From Eledone cirrhosa (Eukaryota), in NCBI GenBank assembly GCA_964016885.1, contig OZ024742.1, positions 47,368,001 through 47,432,000 of the forward strand: 64,000 bases of DNA. Reading direction: 5' to 3'. The position numbers were made by a program, and so were the translations under genes. Below the pieces are notes generated by a model. The model did not search any database, had not been told where the DNA came from, and saw nothing but the letters and a program-made list of their open reading frames with translations. Of the stretch, positions 1 through 18,216 are shown in pieces; position 1 is the first letter of the stretch; every line of letters begins with the position of its first letter.

Positions 1-666
1 ATGTTTAAGGAAGAAAATATCTAACGTCAAAAAGTATATATCTTTATGAAATATTTTCTAATGGTAATATTATAATATATTAAAAAGAAATTAGTTAGGG
101 TTTAAGTTTGTTTTTATGTATTGTAATATGTAAAAGTAAAAGTAAGTAGTAAGTTTAAAACGAGCATGGAAGGAGAGAAGAGAGCAGAAAAATTTAAGGA
201 CAGAATATATAACGTCAACAAGTTTATATGTTTACGAAAAACTTCTAATGGTAATATTATAATGTATTAAAAAAATAGTTTTAATGGCTAATAATATGAG
301 GAAAGATGGAAGAATGGATAATTTGGTAGTGAGTAATAATATGAATTGAGAAGTAATTGGGAAGAAAAAGTACAGATTAGAGATTAGAAATTAAAAAAGA
401 AAAAAAGAAGAAAAGAAGAATGACATAGAATGAGTAAATTGTATTATATAATATATAATACTGAAATAAGGTAGAAAGATGGGTATATTTGTAAAAGATA
501 CATAAGCCTTTGAGAAAAGAGGATTTTAAACTAATAAGGTATTGAGATATTAGCTGTATACTCTATGGAATGTTCTATGGGATTTATGCAAGCAGAGCGA
601 AAGTAAATCTGTGCGTCTATTTATTATAGAATTGAAATTAGATATAATGGTAAATTTCTAACCTCC

Positions 667-668
<2 letters not shown>
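1..668 (-). mobile_element. Probable 3' remnant of a Penelope-like element (end of GIY-YIG domain plus 3' UTR), running off the window start
   Basis: Minus strand ~590-660 translates KFTIISNFNSIINRRTDLLSLC, resembling the family A C-terminus EIMKSKDILLNKRQELILAC. An imperfect ~80 bp duplication lies at ~4-90 and ~192-275, and the segment abuts (TA)n. Confidence 0.35.
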
Positions 669-718
<50 letters not shown>

Positions 719-722
<4 letters not shown>

Positions 723-1093
723 GCGGTTGTCTCCCTTGTTTTGATTAGGATCTAGACGGGAAGTGGAACCCTTTCTGCAACTTCCGGTCAGAGCCCTATA
801 AAACTAACAACTTTAAGCTTCCTTCCTCTCTTTGCCTTTTCGGCACCAGGTCAAGAGCCTCTCATTGGGCTCCGCCATTAATTTGGCCAACAGGCGCCTG
901 GCCTTAGCCAGGCGTCCTCTGCCAGCCGCGTTTGCCTGGCAATCAAAACGGTAACTACTAACTTTGCTTCATTCTAACAACATCCTCATCTTTGACATGT
1001 CAAGTATACTATCTACCATTGTTAATTAAATATTATACACACAAACCATGTCTCGTTTTGTTACATTCATACAACCTCAGTAATCTCGCTATA
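719..1093 (+). repeat. 5' LTR
   Basis: Matches 2477-2843 with a few substitutions and small indels; contains CTATAAAA (TATA-like). Confidence 0.9.
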
Positions 1094-1094
1094 T

Positions 1095-1111
1095 TGGTAA
1101 CCCTGACGTGA
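1095..1111 (+). promoter_or_regulatory. Primer-binding site complementary to the tRNA-Trp 3' end
   Basis: TGGTAACCCTGACGTGA, 1 nt after the LTR, versus the tRNA-Trp complement TGGTGACCCCGACGTGA (one mismatch, one G:U). Confidence 0.75.
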
Positions 1112-2476
1112 CACGAACACGCAGCCGTTCATCGCTATAAGTGGTCACCCCCCCAAAAAGAGAAAAAAATAGCACATCTGGTTTTGTGAGTAACATTACG
1201 AATACACAGCAAATTTAGCGACAAACTATGAAAATACTCAAGGACACGCACTCACGCACATGTGGAATTCGCACAGACAGACTTTTTCTCTCACGCATCA
1301 ATTAACTGTCGCATTTCACCAATATATATATATGTTTCTCGTTTCTTACAACGAACACTTTCAAAACAAAAAAAAAAAAAAACATTTCACGATATATATA
1401 TATGTTTCTCGTTTCTTACAACGAACTCTTTCAAAACACAAAAAAAAAAAGAAATTTGATATTCTTTAAAAAAACATTTCAACAGGAACATTTATTTTCG
1501 ATGAACCATTGCCTTTTTGTTCATCGTTTTCTTCATCGTTCAAGTTTTTTTTTCTTTTTTTTTTCCAAAAGTTCACACCAATAATTATGCTGAGTGAAGC
1601 CTTTCTTTTTCATCATTGTCACTTTCAAAATTGCACTATCATTTTCTCGCGCGTTAGAAATATTATTTTTTTCAACCTTGTATTGGCACGTGTAGGCAGC
1701 ACAAATTCTCGATTCACAGAGATGTCTCTACTCACAGACAGCCGCACGCAAGAGATAACATTTCTCACCAGGGATTCTTCAGCCTTAAGCTATATTCTTC
1801 TATTTGCCGGTTTATAAATTTACAATGTAAATTTACCGTTGATAACCGCGCATTTATTGGGAATGCTTATTTCTCTGGTCGCTGGCCTCTTGACCCTTCC
1901 AGGTCAACGCATTCTCAACATCGACCATCAACTTCGGCTGCTATTTCTAGCACTTTGCGCAACTCATTTTTTCTAAAAAAAATTTTTTTGCTGTGAATTT
2001 AAACACCGAATACGCTCACTCAGCGAGACAACAGCAGCAGCAACAGCAATATAACAGCAACAGCAATACATCAATGCAGCTTCACCAAAGCCAGAGAATT
2101 CATTTTTGCAGCACTCTTCCTGTGAGAAAATCCATTCGGAGGTTGGAAATTTCACGATATACCACAGAACAGAAACCACCATTCATTCTCTGGAACACAC
2201 TTTCTTTCCTGCTGTCATGTGATTGCACACCTGTGAACTATATTTTGAACTTTGAGCTCTTCTATTACTTTTACTTTATTACATTGTATCTTTGGGTGAT
2301 GGATAGATGGATGTCCAGTCGTTCTCTGGCCAAGAGCGGTTGGCTACCTTGATATCTATCATTGATTTTTCCAAACATTCTTTTGTCGTAATTTTCATGC
2401 CTGTTACAACATTCTCGCCAACTTGCTACATATTTTCATTTCGATTTTTATACACTAAAATTCTGGCGGGAGGTTA

Positions 2477-2843
2477 TGTAGCGGTTGTCTCCCTTGTTTT
2501 GATTAGGATCTAGACGGGAAGTGGAACCCTTTCTTCAACTTCCGGTCAGAGCCCTATAAAACTAACAACTTTAAGCTTCCTTTCTCTCTTTGCCTTTTCG
2601 GCACCAGGTCAAGAGTCTCTCATTGGGCTCCGCCATTAATTTGGCCAACAGGCGCCTGGCCTTAGCCAGGCGGCCTCTGCCAGCCGCGTTTGCCTGGCAA
2701 TCAAAACGGTAACGACTAACTTTGTTTCATTCTAACATCTATCTTTGACATGTCAAGTATACTATCTACCGTTAATTAAATATTATACACACAAACCATG
2801 TCTCGTTTTGTTACATCCATACAACCTCAGTAACCTCGCTATA
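2477..2843 (+). repeat. 3' LTR
   Basis: Direct repeat of 719-1093, preceded by the PPT and followed by (TA)n. Confidence 0.9.
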
Positions 2844-3125
2844 TATATATATATATAGAATAAGGAAAAGCGAAGTAGTTTCAGATGTTCAAGTCCTTTA
2901 ATAATAATGCTGTGATATATATTTCAATGGCGAATGTGGCCCCACTGTTCTGTGCGCCAGTCTCGCGACATCGTCAGACAGCTTGTTACATAATAAGGTT
3001 ATGTTTCCGAGGCAATCCAAATTGAATCGACATGGGAATGGACGAAGTATGTGCTTTTGGGTTGTTCAGCCGTTCCCCTGTGAGTACCAATTCACCCCTA
3101 TTAATATATATATATATTTATATAT

Positions 3126-3158
<33 letters not shown>

Positions 3159-3169
3159 CGTGTTTTTGT

Positions 3170-3353
3170 ATTGGCAGTATTAGTAGATCACCAGAAATCC
3201 TGCTTTGTAACATAGAGTTATGGTCCTTACTTTTCTGAGTTCAAATCCCACCGAGGTTAAATTGTCCTTTCATCCTCACGGGATCGATAAAATAAAGTAC
3301 CAGTATTGCCCTGGGATAATTGCTGGCCTTGTGCCAAATGTAAAAACTATTAT
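3170..3353 (+). mobile_element. tRNA-derived SINE
   Basis: A-box-like TGGCAGTATTAG, B-box GTTCAAATCC, and body CCTTTCATCCT...GATAAAATAAAGTACCAGT...GCTGGCCTTGTGCC shared with other copies in the window. Confidence 0.8.
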
Positions 3354-3400
3354 GTTTGTATATGTTTGTGTATGTGTACGTGTATATTTATATATATACA

Positions 3401-7662
<4,262 letters not shown>

Positions 7663-8468
7663 GTGACACGTAAATAGTTATAGATATGCGTATACAAATA
7701 ACTACGCTTATAATCTTTAACTGACCTATTCAGCGATAGTGTATTTGTTAGTACTAGGAAGATAATTCCAGTCGAAGTAGGGATTAATATGGTTTTATGT
7801 ATTAACTAAAATGTTGAATTTATAGTTTTAAAATTATATAAGATGTTTCCAAAACAGTATGTGATAATGCTGAACCTATGCTTTCTTAAAACATCATGCT
7901 TTCTTGTCACAATATACAATGTTCATGAATAATCTGTCGTCAGTAAGAATAATGACAGCGCAACAGTTGTACTTTTATCAATATAGATAAAGTCTTGAAA
8001 TGCGAATTACCTACGCTGAACTAATCGTGTTATTCAAACTCCAAGCAGAATGACGTGAATGTCGCATCAGTTATACCTTGAATTTATACGTTCAATTATA
8101 ATTGATCGTCATTTATAACGTTGCTAAATATGTAGTCACATGGCTGAACCTTAAACTATAGAAATAAAATACAATATCAGTAATTAATAATATGTCCTAT
8201 TGAAAGGAATTCTGTGAATGTCAAGGATATTTCAACTATTACGTATTTCGTTCTACAATATTTGATAAGATATATATGTAACTCGATATAGAAAACTCAT
8301 TTGACTGATAAAATCTAATTAGTATATGTATGTATCAGACATGTAGTATGAAATGGGACGTAGTAAAAGAAAGATACGGAAATGAGAACGAGTTAGTGAA
8401 TTATGAATAGAAATTACTATGTAATTCAGTAAGCTATGAAGACTAAGTCAAGCATAAATATATGTGTG

Positions 8469-8558
<90 letters not shown>

Positions 8559-8836
8559 AAGGGCGAGAGAGAGATGGAGAGTGAAAGAGAGATAGAGAGC
8601 GAGAGTGAGAGAGAGAGAAAGGGGGGGGTGACAAAAACGGTGAGTGGGTGCATTAGAAATAAAAAATATTGGTATGTAAAGAAAATATTTTAATCGGACG
8701 TTATAAGCTTTATCTAATACATTACTCGATTATTTTATGAAGGAATTATTATTGAACGTATTACACTAATACCTCCAGAGCTAGCACACAAACCTATTCT
8801 GTACACTTGCTTGTATACAATTTCATTCAGAAACGA

Positions 8837-8861
<25 letters not shown>

Positions 8862-8867
<6 letters not shown>

Positions 8868-10235
8868 TTAAAAAATAATGAATAAAAACAAAGAAACAGT
8901 TCCATATATTAAAAAATTCATCATTTTACGATCGTTTCTAGGATATATATGTTAGTGTTGGTATGTATATCATATAGATCTATGTAAAATGTTTACAAAC
9001 TATCAGAGGGAATATACATACCTACACATATATATGCTGTCTTCAGAAATAATGATATTTGTTTATTGAAAAAAACCAACAAGGATTTAATATAATAGGT
9101 CTGTTTGGGAACAGGTTTTGAATTGACCAATAGAAAGGTAGTAAAGGTCAAGATGGTAACATAGTAGTAATAGAACTTTAATTTAGGGGTAGAGGAAGGT
9201 AGATTTCAGTTTTGGATGGAAAGAGTATGATGAATGAAAGATTATTTTAGGGATGAAAATAGGTCATATGCTGTTTTCAGAAATAATTATATTTGTTTAT
9301 TGTAAAGAACCAACAAAGATTAAATATAATAGGTCTGTTTGGGAACAGGTTTTGAATTGACCAATAGAAAGGTAGTAACTGGTTAAAATGGTAAAGTAGT
9401 AGTAATAGAACTTTAATTTAGGGGTAGAAGAAGGCAGATTTCAGTTTTGAATAGAAAGAGTATGATGAATGAAAAGATTATTTTAGGGATGAAAATAGGT
9501 CAGGTCGGTAAAAGGTACACGAAAAGTGCTGTTATAAAAGAATAATGCAAATATAAATATCTAAGGAGACTAAAATATTACGATAAAGGTGTTAGTGAAA
9601 AATATCAAACTTATTTAAAATATAGGGAATTTACATCTATAAAAAGAAAATAAATTAATAAAATTGATAGGTATATTTATATTGATAAAATTATATTAAT
9701 GCATATAGATATAATAAATAAGAGTTATATGTAATTGAAGAGTGCTTTTAAAAACGAAGGGGAAATAATAAAATTATAATAATAATTATTATTGGGGGGG
9801 GGGGTAAATTTGTTAGTGAGAAATAACAAATATATATAGATTACAAGGAATATAGAATCATAACCTGAAATTAAAATAGTTTATATGTATACTTAATGGT
9901 ATAAATTTTAGGAAAAGATAGTTGTAAAAGGGAAATAAAATTATGTAGTTCATTAGTAGTAGAATATTAATTATAGGTTAACTAATTTAAAAACAGTGTT
10001 ATTATAATAATTTCTAAAGTGTATATTAATTAGTTTTATAATATTTAAATGTTTTTCTCAGTTTATGATTACACGATATAATTAATTCCTGATTATCTTG
10101 ACTCTGTTTTCCTGTAATTTTCATCGAAAAAAAAAAAAAAATGTTTGAATACATCTTCTCTTTTCATGATATTCGGATTACATTGAGTTCTTCATACGGA
10201 TTGGACACTACCGTATATTTTGGTAGATGTATCTA
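8862..10235. mobile_element. PLE family A 3' fragment (minus, 8862-10092) joined to an oppositely oriented 3' terminus (plus, 10093-10235)
   Basis: 10020-10090 matches the family A ORF end (cf. 22500-22560), 8865-9130 matches 18003-18290, and 10093-10235 matches 29388-29526. Contains an internal ~234-bp tandem duplication (9033-9502). Confidence 0.75.
8918..9055 (-). ncRNA. Type I hammerhead ribozyme (family A, long stem II)
   Basis: Minus strand: tcattattt CTGAAGA [~100 nt] GAAA cgatcg TA aaatgatga. Stem I pairs and stem III is palindromic. Confidence 0.75.
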
Positions 10236-10446
10236 TCTATCTATATATATATATATACAAATAGTGAAAACAATGAAATTAAACAAAAACGGTTAATTCA
10301 TAGTAAAACTCATTAGTTTAAGATCGTTTCTGGGGGGTAGTTCCCCTTATGTCCATTCTATTATTGATCTATGTAAAATATATTACAAAATATCATAGTA
10401 AGAAAATATATATACGTCTTCACTACCCGACGTCTTCAGAAATAAT

Positions 10447-10636
10447 TGTTTCTACTTTTGGCACAAGGCCAGCAATTAACCAGTGTATTACTGGTACTTT
10501 ATTTTATCAACCCCATAAGGATGAAAGTCAAAGTTAACCTCGGCGGGATTTGAACTCAGAATGGCAAGGGCCGTAACTCTATAAGTCAAAGCATCGCGTC
10601 CGACCCTCTACCGATACTGCCAATCCACCGCCTTTT
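10447..10636 (-). mobile_element. tRNA-derived SINE with 17-bp TSD
   Basis: TSD ACGTCTTCAGAAATAAT at 10430-10446 and 10637-10653; A and B boxes on the minus strand. Confidence 0.9.
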
Positions 10637-11354
10637 ACGTCTTCAGAAATAATGATTTTTGTTTATTGAAGAATACAAAAAAACACATATATGAATAAGT
10701 AACGTTTTATAAACCAGGTTGAAGTTAACCAATAGTAAGAATAGGAAGGGCAAAATAGATCCTTAAGTTGGCAGTAGTAGCTGAATAAATAAACAGTCAG
10801 GGGATGAGGTATCAAATGACTTTTAAGAAAAGAAAGGAAGAATTTAGACAAATTTTATATAAAAGTGTTGATGGTCAAAGAAGATTAAAGTTGGAGGAAA
10901 AGGGGTGCAGGAACGAGTGTGTTACAGCAAGTAGAATAGTATAGAACAATCCTAAATATTTGTTACTTTTTGGTGAGGGGAATAAATTGTTCTAAAAAAA
11001 TATATAATAAGTAGAGGAATATAAATGGAACTAAAGGGAAGTAAAATTTAGATGAAAAATAGATAAAAGACTATATAGGTAAGAAAATACTAAAGTTTGT
11101 GTAAGTATTGTATTGAGTGGTTAGAAAGAAGTCTTATCTGTAGGGAATTATATTTTCGAATAAGAAATCACATTAATAATATGTTGTTTTTTTTTAAAGG
11201 GGGTTTAAATGCATATTAATTAAAAGTTTTGTTAGATTGTTGAAAATAATGTAATATATTGTGCTCATTTATAGTTAATTACTTAAAACAGTTATAGGGA
11301 TGAGATCTTGGATTTAATCCATGGATTAATTCTACTAGCAGAATATATATATAT

Positions 11355-11441
<87 letters not shown>

Positions 11442-11585
11442 TAAATATACACGCTTGTGTATGATTATATTAATTAAAGGAATCCCAACTTTGTCTGATT
11501 TACTCGTTTTATTTACAATCCTTTAAAATTTATAATGGTATTAGAATGAAATAGTATGGTAGAATATTAAATGCTAAGTGTTAAT

Positions 11586-11624
11586 TGAACAAGTACTTTC
11601 ATGCCTTCGCAATCTTCAGGTTCA
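11586..11624 (-). ncRNA. Minimal type I hammerhead in a small microsatellite-flanked insert (~11445-11652, family I)
   Basis: tgaac CTGAAGA t tgc gaag gca t GAAA gtac TT gttca: 5-bp stem I, 3-bp stem II, palindromic GTAC. Confidence 0.75.
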
Positions 11625-11842
11625 TAGTCTGTGGTGACAGTCAAGTTTGCAATATATACATACACATACATACACGTACATACATACACACATATTATAT
11701 ACACACACACACATATACATACACATACACACATGTGTATATAGAGTCACACACCTATGTATACACATAATTATAAATATATATATATACATATGCACCC
11801 ACACACCCCCACATTTTCTCCTAAATCTTTTTCTATATTTGT

Positions 11843-14800
11843 TTATTTGTATTTATAATATTTGAATGTCCTTCTAATTTTATGGTTACATGCTATAATT
11901 AATTCTTGTCTTTTATTTAATAGAGTGTCCTTCGATTTAGTAATTTCAAAAATTACTTGGGAACATAGTCCATACTCTCTTCTATTGCTCTGATAAGAAA
12001 TGGCTCTCTTGAGAATCTTCCAAGTTAGGTTATAATTAATATTCTTCTTTTTACAATTATTAACTGCTTCTGCTAAAGAAGTGGTATTAGCTAATTTTGT
12101 GGGTGTGTGCATACAATCTCGATTTAAACGGATTAGAAGTGGATCCAATATAGGATTGCTTAGAGTCCTTAGTGCTGATTATACATTTATATACTATATT
12201 ATTAATTAAGCAATTTCCATTTAAGGGGCAATTATCTTTTACTCTACAATTACATGTGCTATCCATATTCCCAATAATAGTGCTAGTATTTGTATTTACC
12301 TTTTTATATGGAAGAGAAGGGTTTACGGTTGGGTGGTCATGGCCCGAAGTGTTGTTAGTTGATGAAATTATACTGGATATAGCGTTTATAGAATCATGGT
12401 TGTTTTGGAAGTTATTGGTTAGATTGGGTATGTAATTCTTGTCCCTATTAAGGAAGAGGAAGATGGTAGTTGGTTGTAGGCTGATGTATTGTGTTGGTGA
12501 AGTGAGTGAGCGGATGTAACATGTGGATATGTAATAATGTTCTGGTTATGTGTTGTAGTATTACCATAGTTATCGTGTGTGTGTTGTGCTATTGTGTGTG
12601 GTATACATGGAGCTTTTTTACATTTATAGATGTTATATGCACTTATTTTTTGTTGTATATTGCTCGATGTGGAGTAAGAACATTTTACGGTATATCTGTT
12701 TAAGATTTGATGGTATTTGTGGTTAGGTGGGAAATGTTTATTAAGAATTGTAAAAATATTTTTAGGGATTTGGCTCATAGTCTGCAAGTTAAATGGAGCG
12801 TTATACCATGTTAAGTTTCTTTTATGGTTTCTAATTGGTTTCCTCTTATTATATTGGGTATGTATAGAGGTTTGAGCGTAGATATTGTTCTCAGATGATA
12901 CTATAATATTGTGATTGTTATTATGGGCGTGAACTAATTGTATAGTAAAATTTTGAATTGTATTAGTTTTTAATTTATTGGTTTTTGTTTGATTTTTAGA
13001 GGATATTGTGTGTTTAATTAATGGAACCTTATTGATAGGACCTGGTATTTTGATATTATTCTTGTTATTTACAGTAGTTCGGATATGTTTCTCTGGTTTG
13101 TTGGATTGTAAGGATGTAGTTTGATTAGGTTGAAGGTTCAATGAAATAGGTAATATATCATTAGGTTTATTGTGAGAATTAAGATATAAGATGTTATTAT
13201 TAACTGCTGTTTTAAGATTAGTGGAGTTAGGTGTTTTCATATGGTTAGTTGTAATATTATTAGGTAGGTTATAGAAATATTCATAAGCGTTAGGATTGAT
13301 GATTTTTAGAGAATTTGTTTCATTCGTGTTAATGCGGGTATTAGGAGTAATGGTAGGATCCAGATTTTTCGGTGCTTCATTGCTGGCACTTTGGTGTTTT
13401 TTATGGGTTTTTGTTGCTTATGCTTGGTTGTATGCTGGAGGTATTCACGGTGTTAGGTATGTAACATATTTTATCCTTGTTGCCACGTCTAGCTAAAGCC
13501 TCATTATAATAAGGGTCATTTTTATAGAATATTTCTTCATTAGATGACAATTTATATAATCTGAGTGAGATATTGTACACTAGATTTTTTAGTATGGAAC
13601 TAGGGTAGTTAGATTGTGAGTGTATACAATGCAGGTTTTGGTTTGGTTTGTGGTAGGATTGGTTAGTTCCTGTTGATAGATCCAAAGTGATGTCGAGGAA
13701 ATTGACCATTTTAGTGCTATTTTCAAAAGTAATGGTAAGATTATAGTAATTTTTGAGGAATTTCCTAATATGTTTTTTATTTCTCTCAATTGCTGAGAGA
13801 CTAAGATTGTTAGATAGAAGAAGACAGTCATCGCGATATAGACCACCTTTGAGGTGGGGAAAAGAGGAATTTAAATTATATAGAAGAAAGAGGCCTACAA
13901 GGTCCGTAACTTGGGCGGAATCTATCGACCCCATAGTGATATCATATAAATCACTATTTGTATTTCTAGTCCAATACACATCTTGGAAGTTCAGTAGTGT
14001 TTGTCTGGCATGTGTGATGATATTAATTTCATTCATAGTTATGTCCGATCTATTTTTGGCGAAAATTAATGCTTTGTTCAATAGTATGGGGGATATTGAT
14101 GAATAATATGCATCGATGTCGAATTGGAGAAATGAAGCTGAGGGCTTATTTTTGAAGTCAGTGAACCAATTGATAACTTGGGAAGTGTTTTCCCACAGCT
14201 GTAGTTTTACATGTTTCCTTAGTTGTGGGATAACTTTATCAAGAATCGTCTTTCTTATTACACCAATCTCCGGCTTAGAGAGGCATATGAGTCTAATCGA
14301 TGGGTTCGAGTTGAAGTCAGATTTATGATCTTTCAGATTAAAGTGTGGATGTTTTGGTGTGAAAGGTTCGGTTCTATCTTCGATGTTGAGTTCTTTTACT
14401 ACGGTGTGTGATTTATTTTTTTATAGAGGTAAGTGCTGTACTACTGATTTTCTTGTAGTTCTTCCTTAGTTCTTTATAAATGAACTGGTTATATTTATCA
14501 ATGTTCATATGGTATAAGTTACCAGTTTTGTCAGAGTGGACATGAACTTTACTAGAGTTTTTTAGTTTAAATAGGGTAGAGTCCAGTTCTTTTTGAAAGT
14601 TTGATTTGTGTTTAATCATATTGAGAAAATGCTTTTCAAAATATTCAAGTATAGAATTGTGAAGAGGGTTTTTATATGTGCGAAAGTCATAACAGTTTTT
14701 CTTCTCATCTCTTTTGGTTTTGTTGTCGAAGTGGTATGCCCGCCAACGAACTCTTCTAATAAATTGGTTACTTTTTTGTATAAGAAGAAGAAGGAATTCA

Positions 14801-14877
14801 TCTTTAGAGGGAATTGGTATGTTTTTCAACGAAGTTCCTAAGTATTGTCTTTCCATTGCAATACAGATATTAGACAA
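11843..14877 (-). pseudogene. PLE RT + GIY-YIG ORF with several frameshifts and stops
   Basis: Fragments SLKNIPIPSK..IRRVRWRAYHF, HSDKTGNLY, DITMGS..GGLYRDDCL, NFLDITLDL, WYNAPFN, YIGSTSNPFKSR, LLNKRQELIIACNH. Confidence 0.9.
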
Positions 14878-14944
14878 TACAGGAGATTAAGAGCTCAACT
14901 AAATATATTAATTAATGACAAGATGAATAAAAATCAATAAAAAT

Positions 14945-15013
<69 letters not shown>

Positions 15014-15038
15014 CAAAAAAATATTTATATATATATAT

Positions 15039-15231
15039 AGGAAAAAGTATGACACCGACGAGAGAGCTCAAGCCGTTTCGACGGCTATTTCTGGAATCCA
15101 GAAATAGCCGTCGAAACGGCTTGAGCTCTGCCGTCGAGGTCATACTTTTTCCTATTTCCAACTCTACTACCCTAAGTATTGAGTACTCTGGTGCGTTATG
15201 GTCCATCTGGTTCCTTACCACAATTCCTTTG

Positions 15232-15232
<1 letters not shown>
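15039..15232. mobile_element. Fold-back mini-element, family E (related copies at 44477-44613 and 57903-58088)
   Basis: Palindrome centred near 15096. The arm carries a hammerhead 3' half GAAA cggc..gccg TC and a shared terminus CTACTACCCTAAGTATTGAGTACTCTGGTGCGTTATGG. Confidence 0.75.
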
Positions 15233-15269
<37 letters not shown>

Positions 15270-15431
15270 AAAGCCATATAAATATATATATGTGAAAAAA
15301 AACCACAGACCCTCCATCTCAACTCTACTTTGGAAAGGCAGAAGAAATGCGAAACCGGTAAAGGAACCAAATAAATATACATATTTTTTTTAAATAAGAC
15401 TGCAGTTGCATTTTCGATTTCATCTTCTTTT

Positions 15432-15546
<115 letters not shown>

Positions 15547-17450
15547 CACACACATCAAATGAGTATCATGGCAGTTATTCAAATGATTGCGATAATATAA
15601 TGGTTTAAAAATGATTAAAAGATCAGACAATGCGTATAAAAAATTAAAACGTAATGTTTTATTCAGAATGATCAGTCTAAAGTAAATTTCAGCAGTGAAT
15701 ATGAGATCTGCTTTATTTTTTCACGCTAGAAACATTGTAAGGTTGGTTAATGGTTAAAGTTTGATATAATATATATCCAAGCACATGCGTTCAGATACAC
15801 AACACACACATAGAGACTAGAAAAGTTAGGAATGATATGAATATTGATTTTATGCTAAGTTAAAGTAAACAACCTGTTTTCACAATGAACAATAGTCCAA
15901 GTCGGGCATATAAACACCTGGAGATAGAAGAAACCATCGAACATACGACTGTTGTATAACGTGTAGCTGTAACCACACGGACTCGCCTTTCTAGCCTATA
16001 TTTTTGTATTTACTGCTGTGACCTCCTCTCTACCTGTCTCGCTTGATTTGTTGTCCCTGGTCGGACTTATGTCCCACCACGCTTTTGGATTGACTCCCTC
16101 CCTTTCTCTCTCTTTTTCTCCCTCTCTCTCTCTCTTCCACTCTCTCCCTCTCTTCCTCTCTATCCATTTGCTTGTTTGGGCCTCGGTCGTAAACCCTTTT
16201 GGATTAACTCCTTTTCCGTTCTCCTCTCCCTCTCTCTCCATACCTCTTACTCACCCCCTCTGTCCTCTACCCTCTCTCACTTCCGGTTTCTCCGTCTTTC
16301 TCTCTCTTAACACTCACTTTACTGGGAATCGCAACGGAATTTGTTATTATGGCCAGCGGGCTTATACCCATGGGCTTGGTTTAACTTGATCTATTTTCTC
16401 TTCGGTTACCAATGGTGTGATTAGTTCTATTTTCATGACCTGGCAGCCTTCCTCTTTTGAAGGTCACGTGATGGTGTCGCTCTCTAGAGGTCTTAAGTTC
16501 AGTCACTGCAGCTGTCGGGAACAGAAGCCCCCGATTAACTATTAGGACTAAAATTGATAAAGTTGATAATTTCAATTCGCTCCACCAGTGATGGCTGCTT
16601 GAACTTTCCGTACGTCTTCGCAAATAACACGTAGTTAGTGTGCATATGCACTAATAAAGTAGGGGATGTGGCGATGAAACCGCGTAGTCCGGGACACCGA
16701 TTATTATTGTGTTCCCAGACAACATTTGCTTTACTATGTAACTTCGACTCTGATATGCAAATTTGTATTTACACAATTTGATTTCTGTTAAATCATAGAG
16801 TGAGTGTCAAACGCTGATCTTCGACAAATTCTATTTTTCGTTTATGTTAAAATTAATCTCTCTCTCACTCTCTCACTCTCTCTCTCTCTCTCTCTCTCTG
16901 TATATATATATAGATATATGTAGCACGACATTTTTTCATTCATATATAATTTTTCCCCTCGCTGTGGTTTGTCTTTTTCTATCACCTTACTGCTATCCTC
17001 TTTCTCTCTCCCATTTCTCTCTCCTTGTACCTCTTGCATTCATTCACCCCCTCTGCTGGTCACACTCACTCGGCTGGCCACTTCGTCACACTTTCACTCA
17101 TTCACTCTCTGCTGCTCCACCTCTCTCACCTCCTCCCGTCTGACCTGTGTGAAATCCTTTTCTCGCTCACATTTCGCAGGGTTCGGACGCGTCTGCCGTC
17201 TTCTCGTCGTTGATTTGTTCGAACTTAAGTTCACATGTATCATTGACTTGTCTCTCATTTCCTCTATTTACGTTGCATTACTATTTTGATTGTTTACTGT
17301 CCCTCTTTCTCCACCCAATTCGCTCTGTCCCAATAACTTATTTTAGTTATTGCTCGCATTGATTTTGAGGTATCTGGTCGTTAATGCGAAGAAGTACCGA
17401 TGATAGTCAGAAGATCAGTGATGATGGACAATCCCGTTTCTCGCTCTATT

Positions 17451-17486
<36 letters not shown>

Positions 17487-17949
17487 TTTGAGATTCAGTG
17501 AAACACTGGTGGTCGTTCCAAAACAAGCACTCTATGCACATGCAGATTGTATATTTTAAAACAAAACAATGATGTTTTGTTTGCACGTAATTTGATTTTA
17601 TTATATATCGATCAGTTACGCGCGTTTCGCAGAGGGTTGGTTTGGAGTCACACATATGAGTTATGAACCCGACACCATTATCGATCTGCTGTTCAGACTG
17701 GCGATCCGTCAAAAAACATATCTATTTATGTATGTATATATATTTTGTGTGTGAGTGGGTTTATTTGAGTGTTTGTGTGTATATATTATGCATGGCTGTG
17801 AGGTTAAAAATTTCATGTTGCAACCATATTTTTGTGCAATTTTAGCAGCAACTTAAGTCTTGAGAAAAAATTACATTGATGGAAAGGTACAGGAGCACGA
17901 CGAATATACACATACACATACACACACAAGCCCTCAGACTTCTACACAT

Positions 17950-18008
<59 letters not shown>

Positions 18009-18062
18009 TAAGAAAATAATGAATAAAACAATGAAACAGTTCCTTATATTAAACAAAAAAAG

Positions 18063-18216
18063 TTCATTATTTAACGATCGTTTCTAGGATATATATGTGT
18101 TAGAATTGGCTTGCATATTCAACAGATCTATGTACAAAATTATACAAAATTATACAAACTATCAAAATTAAATATACATACCAACACATATATATGCAGT
18201 CTTCAGAAATAATGAA
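18063..18216 (-). ncRNA. Type I hammerhead (inverted-arm copy of 29175-29328)
   Basis: ttcattattt CTGAAGA ... GAAA cgatcg TT aaataatgaa on the minus strand. Confidence 0.8.

Larger units (their letters stand above)
719..2843 (+). mobile_element. Non-autonomous LTR retrotransposon (~2.1 kb) inserted in (TA)n
   Basis: Near-identical direct repeats 719-1093 and 2477-2843 with termini TGTAGCG...CGCTATA. A PBS follows the 5' LTR and a purine tract GGCGGGAGG (2465-2473) precedes the 3' LTR. No gag/pol motifs seen internally. Confidence 0.9.
10258..14947 (-). mobile_element. Penelope-like element, family A, near full-length and degenerate
   Basis: Broken ORF followed by a ~1.5 kb 3' UTR ending in a decayed hammerhead (~10310-10446); TA flanks. 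Confidence 0.85.

Noticed and set aside
1993-2352. Poly-Q ORF inside the LTR element as gag
   Set aside because: Non-ATG start, no zinc knuckle or capsid-like motif, driven by CAG/CAA repeats.
3170-3260. tRNA genes at A/B boxes
   Set aside because: SINE heads with no complete cloverleaf.
16660-16720. GATGAAACCGCGTAGTCCGGG as a hammerhead
   Set aside because: No CTGANGA box or stem I partner upstream.
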